Source: an uncultured Thermoleophilia bacterium (GTDB lineage Bacteria; Actinomycetota; Thermoleophilia; UBA2241). Taken from it: a stretch of 64,000 nucleotides of DNA. Positions 19,254-31,159 of the stretch are shown one piece after another; position 1 is the first letter of the stretch, and each line of letters opens with the position of its first letter. The notes under the pieces were generated by a model. The model ran no database searches. It was not told where the DNA came from and saw only the letters and a program-made list of their open reading frames with translations. The stretch covers positions 928,001-992,000 of the forward strand of contig CAVPCT010000005.1 of NCBI GenBank assembly GCA_963702475.1, read 5' to 3'. The position numbers were made by a program, and so were the translations under genes.

Positions 19254-20368
19254 ATGACCGCCCATCCGGCACGCCAGGCCGACAGGCCCGAGGACTACGC
19301 ACGCCTCAATCTCGAGAGACGCCTCATCAAGCCGTGGGAAGACGGCATCCGCATCGACACCGCCGCGCCCAACCTGGAGTGGTGGTACATCGATGCGGAC
19401 CTGGACGACGGCACCGGGCTGTGCATGATCTTCGCGACGAAGGACGGCACCCGGCCTCACCAGCCTCTGGGGCCGCAGATCGAGATCGACGTCACCCTGC
19501 CCGACGGTACGCGCATGGTGCGGTCCTGGTATCCCAAGATCGAGGAGTTCAGCGCGTCCAAGGACGGCTGCGACGTCCGCATGGGCGACTGCCGCTTCAC
19601 CGGCGACCTGCACGAGTACCGGGTCACGGGGCACGCCGAGGAGCTCTCGGCCGACATCCGGCTCGAGGGGATCACGGAGCCGTGGCGCCCGGAGAGCGGC
19701 CTTCTGCTCTTCGGGCCCAACGACGAGCACTTCTTCGGCTGGACGCCGTTCGTGCCCTTCGGCAAGGTGACGGCCACGTACAAGATCGGCGACGAGGTCC
19801 ACGAGGCCACCGGCAGGGGCTATCACGACCACAACTGGACGAACACCGATCTCGGCCACCTGATCGACCACTGGTGGTGGGCAAGGGGAGAGGTCGGTCC
19901 GTACACGTTCCTCGCGGCACACATCGTGGCCACGAAAAGTACGGCTACACCCCGTTCCACTGGTTCATGCTGGCGCGCGACGGCAAGGTGATCGCGGACG
20001 ACGGGTCCAAGATGTCCTTCACGACGCACGGAGCCGAGATCAACGAGAAGACCGGCAAGCCCGAGCCGGATGCTGTCTCCTTCGACTACCAGGACGGCGG
20101 CACGCGCTACGAGCTGACCATGACGCGCCAGAAGACGCTCGTAGCCTACACGTGGATCGACTTTGCCAAGGGACTGCAGAAGGAGCTGCTGAAGCTGATC
20201 CGCTACCCAGGCGGCTACATGCGCTTCCTGGCGGCCACGGACCTGAAGTGCTACCAGGACGGCGAGCTCGTGGAGCAGTACGAGAAGACGGGAGCGTTCG
20301 AGCAGATCTTCTACCAGCGCAAGATCCACGAGGAGTCGCTGGAGCGCGACCTGGCCGAGAAGCACTAG
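19254..20368 (+). CDS. Second lipocalin-like AttH/CrtC family protein; frameshift near 19935
   Basis: Aligns end to end with 15678-16781 when frames are joined at the run in ACGAAAAGTAC (ATKKYG expected). Confidence 0.75.
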
Positions 20369-20375
20369 GAAGGAG

Positions 20376-20421
20376 TGGTGCCCCCGGCTGGAATCGAACC
20401 AGCGACACCAGGTTCAGTAAA
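20376..20421 (-). repeat. att-like 3' half of tRNA-Arg with a variant T-arm
   Basis: Reverse complement AACCTGGTGTCGCTGGTTCGATTCCAGCCGGGGGCACCA; T-stem GCTGG/CCAGC fully paired but different from the tRNA's GGCTG/CAGCC. Confidence 0.85.
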
Positions 20422-21011
20422 CGCCAGTGGCCCGTCCGCCGGGTGAGCGACTGTGCGCGAAAGTGCTGCACAATCCAGGTTTCTGGCCACGCTCGGTGAC
20501 GTGTCGTATTCAGGCGTGACGCGCCATGCTGAGGCGTCTTGTCGGCACCATGTCGGCGGATCTGGCGCAGTCCACTGGCGGCGAAGGACAGCCAGCGCGG
20601 GGAATCACGCTTCGGCCGGTCGGTGGTCTCCTCGAGCCGGATCTCCCAGATCCGCATCTGCGGCTCCAGTTCCTCCTCGGTGAAGGAGTTGACCACGTTG
20701 GCAGCGTGCCGCCTCACGTCGACCCAGGTACGGTTGATGACGTTCGACCACGCCGCGCGACTCGATGCAGTCGATCAGCCGGGCGTGGTCTGGAGTCGGC
20801 CATATGTGGCTGGAACGGGCCGCTTCGCCGACGCTCTACCGACTCACCAGCGCCGGCCGCTGGCCGCGCCGACCATCATCCTCGATACCATCCAGGCACC
20901 TTCCCGGACGATGGTCGCCGCACCAGGCCGGTTCCACGTACTCGTTGACGGGGTTTCGTCCTAGCTGCTTCACCCAAGACACGCCCCTGGCCTCGTGTGG
21001 CGCGCGCGAGG

Positions 21012-21428
21012 TCAGTGGACCGTGAAGTGGACGGTCTTGCTCCAGGGGCCGTTGCCGGCGGCGTTGCTGGCCCGGACCTTCCAGCTGTCATCGTCGTACT
21101 TGGTCAGCTCCGAAGTGCCGGGAAAGCGACACGAATGCACGCTCGAGCCCGACGGGAGCGTCACGGTCGTGGTGAGCGCCAACTGGCCGTTCACGTAGAT
21201 GCGCACTTCGTAGCCGGTGACGCCCTTGACCCTGCTCCACGTGAAGGTCGGTTGGGTGTCAGTGATGGTGCCCTTGGGTGCCTTGGCAACGGGTCTCCCC
21301 GGCTTGGCGGTCTTGCCTAGGCTCTCGTGGCCAGCGGCCGAGGAACCGGCGAGCGGCACGGCGACCGGGAGCGCGAGGACGCATAACAGGGCGAGGGCGA
21401 GGGCGAACGCGAGAAATGCCTTCTTCAT
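21012..21428 (-). CDS. Secreted fibronectin type III-like protein
   Basis: Signal peptide MKKAFLAFAL; PTFTWSRVKGVTGYEVRI...WKVRASNAAGNGPWS. Confidence 0.75.
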   Translation of the reverse strand: MKKAFLAFALALALLCVLALPVAVPLAGSSAAGHESLGKTAKPGRPVAKAPKGTITDTQPTFTWSRVKGVTGYEVRIYVNGQLALTTTVTLPSGSSVHSCRFPGTSELTKYDDDSWKVRASNAAGNGPWSKTVHFTVH

Positions 21429-21844
21429 GGCGCGAGTCCTTTCGTGAACTGCGGGCAGGGCGGTCGCCACGCTGCAGTCCGCAGGCGCCGCCAGGTCGAT
21501 TGCGCCATAGCCCCCCCTCGCAAACCTCCCCGCGCCCGACCTCATGATGCGCGAAGACCGGCCTTGCGGGCCGGTCTCACCAGTGGCTCCCCGCCGGACT
21601 GCGGTGGCCGCAGTGCTACGTCCGGCGGATCATGGCCTCCCGTGTGAAGCGATGCTTCTGTCAGGAGTGTCGTATGGGCTAGGTCTACGCCTCGACGACA
21701 GTCGGTTCAAGCGTTTGGCGCCGCACGCAGCTTCGGAGATGACCGGCTTGGTTCCCAATAGTCTCCTCCGGGGTTCCTCGTTCCTGACGATAGCGCCCCG
21801 ACGACAGCGAGTGACCTATCAGGTATCCACGCCCAGACGGCCAG

Positions 21845-22306
21845 TCACGCGCACAGGTCTCGATGACCTGGCAGTGCACCTGCAGGTGCCGACCGCACGT
21901 CGACGTCGACACGATACGCCTGGCGCTCCTGCAGCCCCGAAGTTCCCTGCTGCAGGCGCCAGAGCAGCCCTGGGTTCGCGACCACGCGCTCGCACAACTC
22001 AGGCGCGCCGAGGAGTCCCGCGTCGAGTGTCCCCGCGTCCAATGCGCGCAAGTGGTCCCGGCAGGTAGCCACTGCTGCCGGCGACGCGCTCCTAGTAGCG
22101 ACCCGAGGGGTACATGCTCACGCGCTCCCCGGAGCCAAGTAGGGTGGGACGATCAGGTTCCAGCGCGCCACGAGGCGCCCGCCTGGGCGTCGCTCCGCGA
22201 GATAGACACGGTGGGGCGGCCGACGCTGCAGGAGAGCGCGCAGGAGCGGCGCCTCGAGGTCGAAGAGGCCGGAGCGCTCGAGGATGAAGTCCCCCAGTGG
22301 CAGCAT
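21845..22306 (-). pseudogene. Possible remnant of a type IV toxin-antitoxin pair (AbiEi C-terminus, then degraded AbiEii start)
   Basis: LGDFILE...GGRLVARWNLIVP resembles AbiEi C-termini; the downstream piece only weakly resembles an AbiEii N-terminus. Confidence 0.4.
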
Positions 22307-22401
22307 GCCGTCGCCTCCTCAAGCCACACACACGTGGTGTGCCAACGAAGGAGCGCAGGTGGCTGACGTCGTTACCCGCTGTAGGCCTGGCCTGCTCCCC
22401 G

Positions 22402-23625
22402 TCAGGGCAGTTGCGCCAGCCGGACGGCCAAGGACGGCCCGTGGGCGGGTAGCCCCAGCTTCCGCCGCAGGTTCGTCCTGTGGAACGCCACTGTACTCTG
22501 CGCGATGAAGAGCGCCTCGGCGATCTCGGCAGAGCTCTTGCCCGCCCTGATGAGGTTGGCGATCTCGCGCTCCCTGAGCGTGAGCTGCGCGCCGGCCAAG
22601 GCGTCGAGCGACTGGGCGAAGGGGTGCACGAGCTCTCTCAGGTTGCGGATCGCGGCATCCGCATAGATCGCCTCGGGGGTCGCAGCGAGCTGCCGGCGCA
22701 GCCGCTCGAGGAGCGGCACGATCATCGCCTCTGCGTTCGTCACGATGGTCTGCTCGAGCTCATCGCGGTCACGGTTGCGCTGGTCGAGAATGACGCGCAG
22801 CGCCGTGTTGGCGTCCTCCAGCGCGGCGGCCTGGCGGCTCAACGACTCCCCCGAGGCCTCGAGTGCCCGCTGCAGGTTCTTGTGCTCGGTGATGTCGGTG
22901 CCGAGCGCGAAGCAGGTGCGCTCGCCCTCGTAGAGGAAGGGCAGAAGCGTCACCGTCAACGCCTTGGGCGCGCCGCCGACCGACAACTCCAGGTCGAAGC
23001 TCGTCGCCGACCCGATGCTCGCCAGCGCCGTACCGACGGCGGCCGCTGCCTCCTTGCCCCAGCGCCCGGCGACGTTCTTCCGGAGCAGCGCGGCGCGGCT
23101 CACGGCGAGGAACTTCAGACCGGCACGGTTGGCATCCAGGAAGCGGCCGTCCTCGGCGATCTGGTAGGCCGGGTTGACGGCCTGCGCGAAGAGCGTCTGG
23201 TAGAGCTCGCTCGCTCGGCGCTGCACCTTCTCTGCCTCGCGCTCGCGGGTGACGTCGCGGATGGCACCGATCATGTGCGTCGAGCGCCCCTCTTCGTCAG
23301 TCAGGATGACGCCGCGGTCATGGACGAGGATGTGAGTGCCGTCGCCGCGCAGCATGCGGTACTCGCCCTCGTAGACGCCGCCCCTGGCCACCGCGCGCTG
23401 ATTGTTGCGGAGCGTTTCAGCGCGATCCTCGGGGTGCACGCGCCCGCGCCAGCCGTCGAAGGTCCTCGGCAGCAGGCCGGGCCTGAGCCGCAGCAGGGCG
23501 TCCATCTGACCCGACATCTCCATGGAGCCGGTCTGGATGTGCCAGTCGTAGTAGGCGTCAAAGACGGCATCCACGAAGGCTCGCAGGCGCGCGTCACTCG
23601 GCGCCGGCGTTGAGGCTTCGACCAT
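22402..23625 (-). CDS. Two-PAS-domain LuxR family regulator
   Basis: RVHPEDR / GAIRDVT PAS, second PAS ending GTDITE, LTLREREIANLI...HRTNLRRKLG HTH. Confidence 0.9.
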   Translation of the reverse strand: MVEASTPAPSDARLRAFVDAVFDAYYDWHIQTGSMEMSGQMDALLRLRPGLLPRTFDGWRGRVHPEDRAETLRNNQRAVARGGVYEGEYRMLRGDGTHILVHDRGVILTDEEGRSTHMIGAIRDVTREREAEKVQRRASELYQTLFAQAVNPAYQIAEDGRFLDANRAGLKFLAVSRAALLRKNVAGRWGKEAAAAVGTALASIGSATSFDLELSVGGAPKALTVTLLPFLYEGERTCFALGTDITEHKNLQRALEASGESLSRQAAALEDANTALRVILDQRNRDRDELEQTIVTNAEAMIVPLLERLRRQLAATPEAIYADAAIRNLRELVHPFAQSLDALAGAQLTLREREIANLIRAGKSSAEIAEALFIAQSTVAFHRTNLRRKLGLPAHGPSLAVRLAQLP

Positions 23626-23770
23626 GGTGACCTCCTACGGTGCCGTCTGCGGGTGCCCTGAGACCTGTCATCAGTGACAGGTTCTACCTCATACTCCCCC
23701 CACATACTACTCCCACTACGACGCGCGCGCCGTGGCTAGACTCGCAGCAGTACCGTACCGAGGAGGAGCC

Positions 23771-24034
23771 ATGAGCCCTGCTATGACACTCGACGACGTG
23801 CTCCATGCCGACCGGCCTGCCTGCACAGAGGATCTGCTGTACCGGTATGAGCCGCGCAACCGCCAGTTTATGAGAGCCTGCACGATCCGCTTCGCGCCGG
23901 CATGGCTGGCGGTCCCGGCGCCCGCTCAGAAGGGTCTCGTGTGGCATCATGACGACGGCTGCCAATGCCGCTGGTGCGCGGCGAGGACAGAGGCCGCCCC
24001 CGTGGCCCAAGAGCGCATCGCCGTCGCCTGCTGA
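23771..24034 (+). CDS. Small Cys/His-containing hypothetical protein
   Basis: AGGAGG RBS; HHDDGCQCRWC; divergent from the PAS-LuxR gene. Confidence 0.6.
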   Translation: MSPAMTLDDVLHADRPACTEDLLYRYEPRNRQFMRACTIRFAPAWLAVPAPAQKGLVWHHDDGCQCRWCAARTEAAPVAQERIAVAC

Positions 24035-24752
24035 GGACGAAGCAGCATCTGTTCGCGGGTCCAGCACCAGCGTCGACCTTGCACGAACGCTCTCAGGCCC
24101 TCTCCGAGGGCCGTGTCTGCCCCTGTCGCACCCTGACGCTCGACCGCAGGCATGGCCCCGGACGTGGGCCTCGCCAGAGAGTGCAGGGAACCTCTCCTTC
24201 AAGTCGTCCTGTGGCATGCCCCCGCCCTCGATCTTCTCCCTGGGATTCAGCAGTCCGCGTGAGACGCCCGGTGCAGCTGTCTACTTCTGGATAGGACCCT
24301 ACTACCAGGTTCTGAGGAGCGGCATCAGTGGTCTGCGGACGGCCCTGCCTCCGCGTCGACACGCTGCCGCCGTGGTGCGTCTGGCTGATCGTCTCGGGCG
24401 TCGTGGGCATCGCGTCCTCCCTGCTCCCTACTACCAGCATCATCGCTCTGGATGCGCCCATAGCAACTTCTTTCGCTGTGGCACGTGGGCCTGAAGTCAC
24501 AGGTCTGGACAACTTGTAGCCCCGCCCTTCTGCCTGCACCCAGCGATCGCGCCGACGGCAGACCGACGTGGTCGCTAGAGGCGGTGGCCGCTCTCGCCAA
24601 GGAAGGGCCTGAGTCTCGCCTTGCCTCTTGCCGTCGTGAGTACGGCCGGCGGGCGAGGCGAGGCGGCGCTCGGGCGGGGCGGCACATGACCGGGGAGCTA
24701 CCCGCGTCGGGCCCGCGCCCTGCGCACTATCGCCGCGCCCTCGGGCCCGGCG

Positions 24753-26693
<1,941 letters not shown>

Positions 26694-26866
26694 GTCATAC
26701 CTTCAGTGTTCGATGCGGCTGCGTTGGCAGCGGTCCCCCGTGTGTACCCTGATGAGGGCAAGCAGCCACGGAGATCTCAAGTGAGAGGTCAGGGCCCTCT
26801 GACCCAGAGTACTCCTTTCGCCACACGTGAGTTCGGCGCCCTGGCGGTTGGCGGGCGAAGAGCGCT

Positions 26867-27076
26867 CTAGGAGGTCGCCGGAGCGCTCGAAGGTCTGCGC
26901 CGTCCCGGACCCGCACCCGAAGACCCCTCGGCGGTCAGGTAGTAGTGCGAGTCTCCTCCTCTCGCCCGTCCCTCCACGACGAGGTCCGTGAGATCCTGCG
27001 TCGAAGGCATGCCGGCAGCAAGCGAGACGCCGGCGCCGAAGAGGAAGCCCACGCGCGGAGCAGTACGACGATTCAT
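26867..27076 (-). pseudogene. SIR2-like domain N-terminal fragment
   Basis: VGFLFGAGVSLAAGMPSTQDLT is the sirtuin-fold GAGxS motif; ends after 69 codons. Confidence 0.65.
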
Positions 27077-27301
27077 CCACTCCCCCCGGGGCTGATGGGT
27101 CTTGTCCCGCTCACAGACAGGCCAACCTCTGTGGCGTAAGAACGCCATGTCAGCCTAGCACCGTGGCCGCGACCGCCCGGTGACGCGAGGTGTCGTACTG
27201 TGCCGCCGCGTCTCGTCAGGAACACACCGGCGATCTTGGCCGGGCGGACAAGTACGCTGCCGAACGCCACAGCGCGAAACGGCCGCGTGCAGCACGAAGA
27301 G

Positions 27302-27377
27302 TGGTGCCCCCGGGCTGGATCGAACAGCCGACACCAGGTTTAGGAAACCTGTGCTCTATCCACTGAGCTACGAGGGC
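27302..27377 (-). tRNA. tRNA-Arg(CCT)
   Basis: GCCCTCGTAGCTCAGTGGATAGAGCACAGGTTTCCTAAACCTGGTGTCGGCTGTTCGATCCAGCCCGGGGGCACCA: 76 nt cloverleaf, anticodon CCT, encoded CCA. Confidence 0.97.
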
Positions 27378-27420
27378 AAAGTGCCGATTTGCAGGTACTT
27401 TGTGTTCCTGCGGCTGGGCA

Positions 27421-27429
27421 AGGATACCA
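27421..27429 (-). promoter_or_regulatory. Extended -10 promoter of the tRNA gene
   Basis: TGGTATCCT (TGn plus TAnnnT) about 45 nt upstream of the tRNA 5' end. Confidence 0.5.
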
Positions 27430-27550
27430 CGAGTTGCCAAGAAGTTGCTAAACCTGCAGGAAACGTGCGCGGCCCGCCCTCAGGGCGGCACGTTTCTGTG
27501 GCAGACGCGCCGGGTAGGACGGTGACGCTTGCAACTGTTTCGACAGTGCA

Positions 27551-27598
27551 AACCGCCGCGCCAAGGCGCATCTGAACCGCCGCGCCAAGGCGCATCTG
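27551..27598. repeat. Perfect 24-bp tandem duplication
   Basis: AACCGCCGCGCCAAGGCGCATCTG twice (27551-27574, 27575-27598). Confidence 0.9.
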
Positions 27599-27623
27599 TC
27601 AAGATCACACAGCGGACGGCCAC

Positions 27624-28442
27624 ATGAGAATCCAGCCCAGACCCGCCATCGCCTGGGCCATCGGCATCGGCTGCGCACTGCTCTTCCTCGGCCTCGAGGC
27701 GATCGTGGGGATCGACTACGACACGATCGGGACCACGACCGACACCATCGTCAAGGGGATCGTCATTCCTCTGGTCGTGGGCTCCATCGTCCTCATCATC
27801 GTCACGACGTGGCTCGGCTGGTGGCGTCCCGTCTTGCATGAGCTGCCGGAGGGCCCCCCACGGCCGCCGCGCTGGCTGCTTGCCGTGCCCGTCCTCGTCT
27901 TGATCGCCGTCCTGCTCGGCATCGACTACGGCAACCTCGGCAACATGGGCGCCGCCATGATCCTCTGGCTGGCCCTCGGCACGGCGCTCGTCGGCTTCAG
28001 CGAGGAGATCACCTACCGCGGCCTCGCCCTCGTCGGCTTCCGCGGCGCCTACAGCGAGGTCAAGGTCTGGCTCTTCACCTCGCTCCTCTTCGGCCTCCTG
28101 CACGGCGTGAACCTCATCCTCGGTCAGGGCGCGGTGCCCACCGCCCGCCAGTTCATCTTTGCCTTCGTCCTCGGCAGCGTCTTCTACGCCATCCGCCGCA
28201 TCAGCGGCACGATCGTCGTCGTCATGGTCCTCCACGCGCTCTGGGACTTCGGCTCCTTCACCCACGTGGCCGGCAAGGCCACTGGCGCTGCGGCGGTCCA
28301 GACGGACATCGCCACCGCCGGAGCCGGTCTGCTGCAGTCGCTGCTCGTGCTGACCGCGATCATCCTCGTCATCATCGGGGCGAAGAAGATCCTCAAGCCC
28401 AGGGCGACCGTGCAGGCGCCCGCCGAGCCGCAGAGCGCGTGA
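27624..28442 (+). CDS. CPBP (CAAX/Abi) family intramembrane metalloprotease
   Basis: EEITYRG, FGLLH and LHALWD motifs; multi-TM. Confidence 0.9.
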   Translation: MRIQPRPAIAWAIGIGCALLFLGLEAIVGIDYDTIGTTTDTIVKGIVIPLVVGSIVLIIVTTWLGWWRPVLHELPEGPPRPPRWLLAVPVLVLIAVLLGIDYGNLGNMGAAMILWLALGTALVGFSEEITYRGLALVGFRGAYSEVKVWLFTSLLFGLLHGVNLILGQGAVPTARQFIFAFVLGSVFYAIRRISGTIVVVMVLHALWDFGSFTHVAGKATGAAAVQTDIATAGAGLLQSLLVLTAIILVIIGAKKILKPRATVQAPAEPQSA

Positions 28443-28479
28443 CGCGCTCGTCCTTCGACAACTGAGCAAGGAGACGACC

Positions 28480-28806
28480 ATGATCGTCACGACCACCTCC
28501 ACCGTAGAGGGCCGGCCCATCGCCGAGTACAAGGGCATCGTCAGCGGGACGGCGATCCATGGGGTCAACGTGGGCAAGGATTTCAAGGCTTTCGGCCGCA
28601 ACCTCGTCGGCGGTCGCGCCGGCGCCTACGAGGACGAGATCGGCAAGGCCCAGAGCGAGGCCATGGCGGAGATGCAGAAGGCCGCCGAGGACCTGGGCGC
28701 CAACGCGATCGTCGGCGTCTCCCTCGATATCGAAGGCGTGGGCACCAACACCTCGATGCTGCTCGTCACCGTGTCGGGCACGGCCGTCGTGGTCGCACCG
28801 GGCTGA
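28480..28806 (+). CDS. ybjQ: YbjQ/UPF0145 family protein
   Basis: MIVTTT..VEGRPI..Y.GIVSG, GGRAGAYE, LGANAIVGV, SGTAV. Confidence 0.9.
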   Translation: MIVTTTSTVEGRPIAEYKGIVSGTAIHGVNVGKDFKAFGRNLVGGRAGAYEDEIGKAQSEAMAEMQKAAEDLGANAIVGVSLDIEGVGTNTSMLLVTVSGTAVVVAPG

Positions 28807-28878
28807 CCCAGCGCCTCGCTAGCCGCGACGGTTGGCGAGCGGGCGGGCATGCGCGCCGCGCCGCCGGCCCTCTCAAGA

Positions 28879-28960
28879 ATCGCGGGAGGGCTCGCGAGCG
28901 ACGGTCCCGAGCAACGCGAGGAACAGCGGGCGCATTGACCACCACGTCCCGCGAGCCCGT
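28879..28960. repeat. 82-bp direct repeat, copy 1
   Basis: 74/82 identical to 30320-30401 by manual alignment. Confidence 0.88.
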
Positions 28961-29225
28961 CCTGCGGTTGGCCGGAGGGAGTCCTTGCCGACCACATCGA
29001 AGTACACCCGGCGGTCGAGAAGCTGCTGGCCCAGCCCTTCACCGCGCACCAGCGGCTCAGCTGACCTGGCCGATCACCTCGATCTCCGCTCTGACCGACT
29101 GAGCGGACTCGGGGAGACGCTCCGGGCCTGAGACAGCCGCCGGACGAACGGCCGACCCGGCGGGAGCCGGCAGAGCGAGTATCGCGCACCGCGCCGCGAC
29201 CGTCGGGTCGCTGCGCGTCGCCGGG

Positions 29226-29708
29226 TCACCCCCGGGCGACCTGGTCGAGCAGCTCCGCGAAATCGCTCAGCTCGGTCCGCAGCATGCTCGAGGTCGCGGG
29301 GAGATCGTCGACCAGCTCACCGACACGTCGCCGGTCGAGGACGTAGGCGTACACGTTGCGGACCACGTGGCGGAAGCCGCGGTATCGGTCGAGTTCTTGG
29401 GCGAGCTGTTCCGAGACCACGGCCGGGCGCACATCGGGCAGCGCGAATGTCATCTGCCGCAAGAGCTCCTGATGCCAGGCTGAGCCCGTCGGCACAGACT
29501 CGTCGATGCGCTCCGCCACGGTCAGGAACACGCGCTCCAGACCCGCGTAGAACCCATGCAGGTTCAGCGCCGCAGCATCGACGTTGTAGCCGCCGGGGCT
29601 TGCCGCCGCATCTGTCCAGGCGCCGGCCACCCGATCGGCGACCTTCTGCAGGGCTTCCAGCTCTCGCCGGATCACCCCGGCCACGGTCAGATAGTCGCCT
29701 CTACTCAC
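29226..29708 (-). CDS. HEPN-domain (HepT-like) ribonuclease toxin
   Basis: LHGFYAGLERVF, WHQELL, YRGFRHVVRNVY; overlaps the upstream MNT gene. Confidence 0.8.
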   Translation of the reverse strand: MSRGDYLTVAGVIRRELEALQKVADRVAGAWTDAAASPGGYNVDAAALNLHGFYAGLERVFLTVAERIDESVPTGSAWHQELLRQMTFALPDVRPAVVSEQLAQELDRYRGFRHVVRNVYAYVLDRRRVGELVDDLPATSSMLRTELSDFAELLDQVARG

Positions 29709-30079
29709 AGGGAGGCCCCCGTCTTGAGGATGGCTTCACGCAGGCCGTCCGGGCCTGCGTCGAGGTCCACCAGGTCGAACTCGAACTCGGTGAAGAGCGC
29801 GAGCAGGCGACCGAGGGCGGCGAAGTGCTCTTGCGGCCGCAGTCCCTGGGCGGCAAGGTCGATGTCGGAGCGCTCGCTGAAGTGCGTGCCTTCGGCCAGC
29901 GATCCGAACACGAGCACGCGCGACGCCCCGTACTGGGAGCGAAGAAGGTCGGCGGCCTCGCGGGCCACCGCCCAAGCCCGTTCGCGACGCTCAGCTCGGC
30001 GCCCGGCGGCCTCGGCTTCGCGGCGCCGCATGGTCCGCCGGTACGTCTCCAGCTGGTCGGCTGTCACGCTCAACGACAT
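29705..30079 (-). CDS. Minimal nucleotidyltransferase (MNT) antitoxin
   Basis: VLVFGSLAEG...SDIDL and FDLVDL motifs; 124 aa. Confidence 0.88.
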   Translation of the reverse strand: MSLSVTADQLETYRRTMRRREAEAAGRRAERRERAWAVAREAADLLRSQYGASRVLVFGSLAEGTHFSERSDIDLAAQGLRPQEHFAALGRLLALFTEFEFDLVDLDAGPDGLREAILKTGASL

Positions 30080-30319
30080 GCGTCGCAGTATACCGCCGTG
30101 CAGCCGCGGTACGTCGCCGTCCGCGCCCCAGGCAGGGTCGGCGCGGAGACCGCTCTGGCGGCCCGGTGCAGCGGCGGCCGGCTCGAGGCAGCCGCGGCGA
30201 CTCGTAGGACGACGCCCTCGCCGAGAGCGTGAGAGGGCTCTGCAAGCCGAAGTGATCCGCCACGAGGGAACGTGGAAGGGTCCTGGAGACGTCGAGTGCG
30301 CCACTTCGGAGTGTCCGGC

Positions 30320-30401
30320 ATCGCGGGAGGGCTCGCGAGCGACGGCCTCCAGCAGCGCGAGGAAGAGCAGGCGCATCGACCACCGCGTCCCGCGAGCCCG
30401 T
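30320..30401. repeat. 82-bp direct repeat, copy 2
   Basis: Matches 28879-28960. Confidence 0.88.
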
Positions 30402-31159
30402 TACGGCCTCCCCGAGCCGGCGAGGTGCCCAGGGGGAAGGACTTCCCCCGTCGGCCGTCGCCCCGTGAGGTGCGTCACGAGGATGTACACACTCACGAGG
30501 AGCACCCATGCCGGGAAGATCAGGATGACCCAGGAGGCCTGCGTCACGACGAAGAGGAGGAGGAGCGCTACCACGAGCGTGAGCAGCGCCATCCACCGGG
30601 GCATCACACCGGTGCGCAGCCAGAGCGTCGCCTGAGAGATCAAGAAGACGGCGGCCATCCTCAGGGCGTAGACGGTGAAGATCTGCGCCACGATCTCGCG
30701 GGCGTACAGGTAGGTGCTGCTGGCCACGAATGCCGACGGCGACTTGGCATAGGCGGCGGCGATGGCGGCCGCGGACGCGGCGGCGGCGAAGACCATCGCC
30801 AGGAAGAGCAGCCCGCTACCGAGAAAGACGGTCGAGAAGAACTGGTCCTCGAAACGTCCCAGGCGCTCCCGCGCCACGGCGATGAACCAGAGGAAGAAGA
30901 GCCCCGCGAAGGGCACGAGGGCGATGGCAAAGCGGAACGCGCCCGAGCTCAGCTCGAGCCACGCGCCCGAGTCGTCAGTCACGGCGGTCATCGTGCCGGA
31001 GATGATCGTCACGCTGACGCTGAAGAGCACGGCGAAGAGGATGCCCGCGACGGCGCCGGCGATCGGCGTCGCGGCCCGGCGCTCGACCTCGGCGGTGACC
31101 TCGGCGGAAGCAGCCTCGGTCGGTCGGCCAGCGCCGCCGCGACTCGATGTCCCGCTCAT
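30401..31159 (-). CDS. Multi-pass membrane protein of unknown function
   Basis: ATG after AGGAGGAG; LVPFAGLFFLWFIAVARERLGRFEDQFFSTVFLGSGLLF; its fusion to SulP in the ORF track is due to a frameshift. Confidence 0.75.
   Translation of the reverse strand: MSGTSSRGGAGRPTEAASAEVTAEVERRAATPIAGAVAGILFAVLFSVSVTIISGTMTAVTDDSGAWLELSSGAFRFAIALVPFAGLFFLWFIAVARERLGRFEDQFFSTVFLGSGLLFLAMVFAAAASAAAIAAAYAKSPSAFVASSTYLYAREIVAQIFTVYALRMAAVFLISQATLWLRTGVMPRWMALLTLVVALLLLFVVTQASWVILIFPAWVLLVSVYILVTHLTGRRPTGEVLPPGHLAGSGRP

Noticed and set aside
20560-20964. Possible gene next to the att copy
   Set aside because: A short coding-like stretch on the minus strand is interrupted by stops and matches no family I recognise.
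27551-30401. CRISPR array or integron attC interpretation of the repeats
   Set aside because: Only two copies of each, no spacers or cas genes, no canonical RYYYAAC/GTTRRRY ends and no integron integrase.
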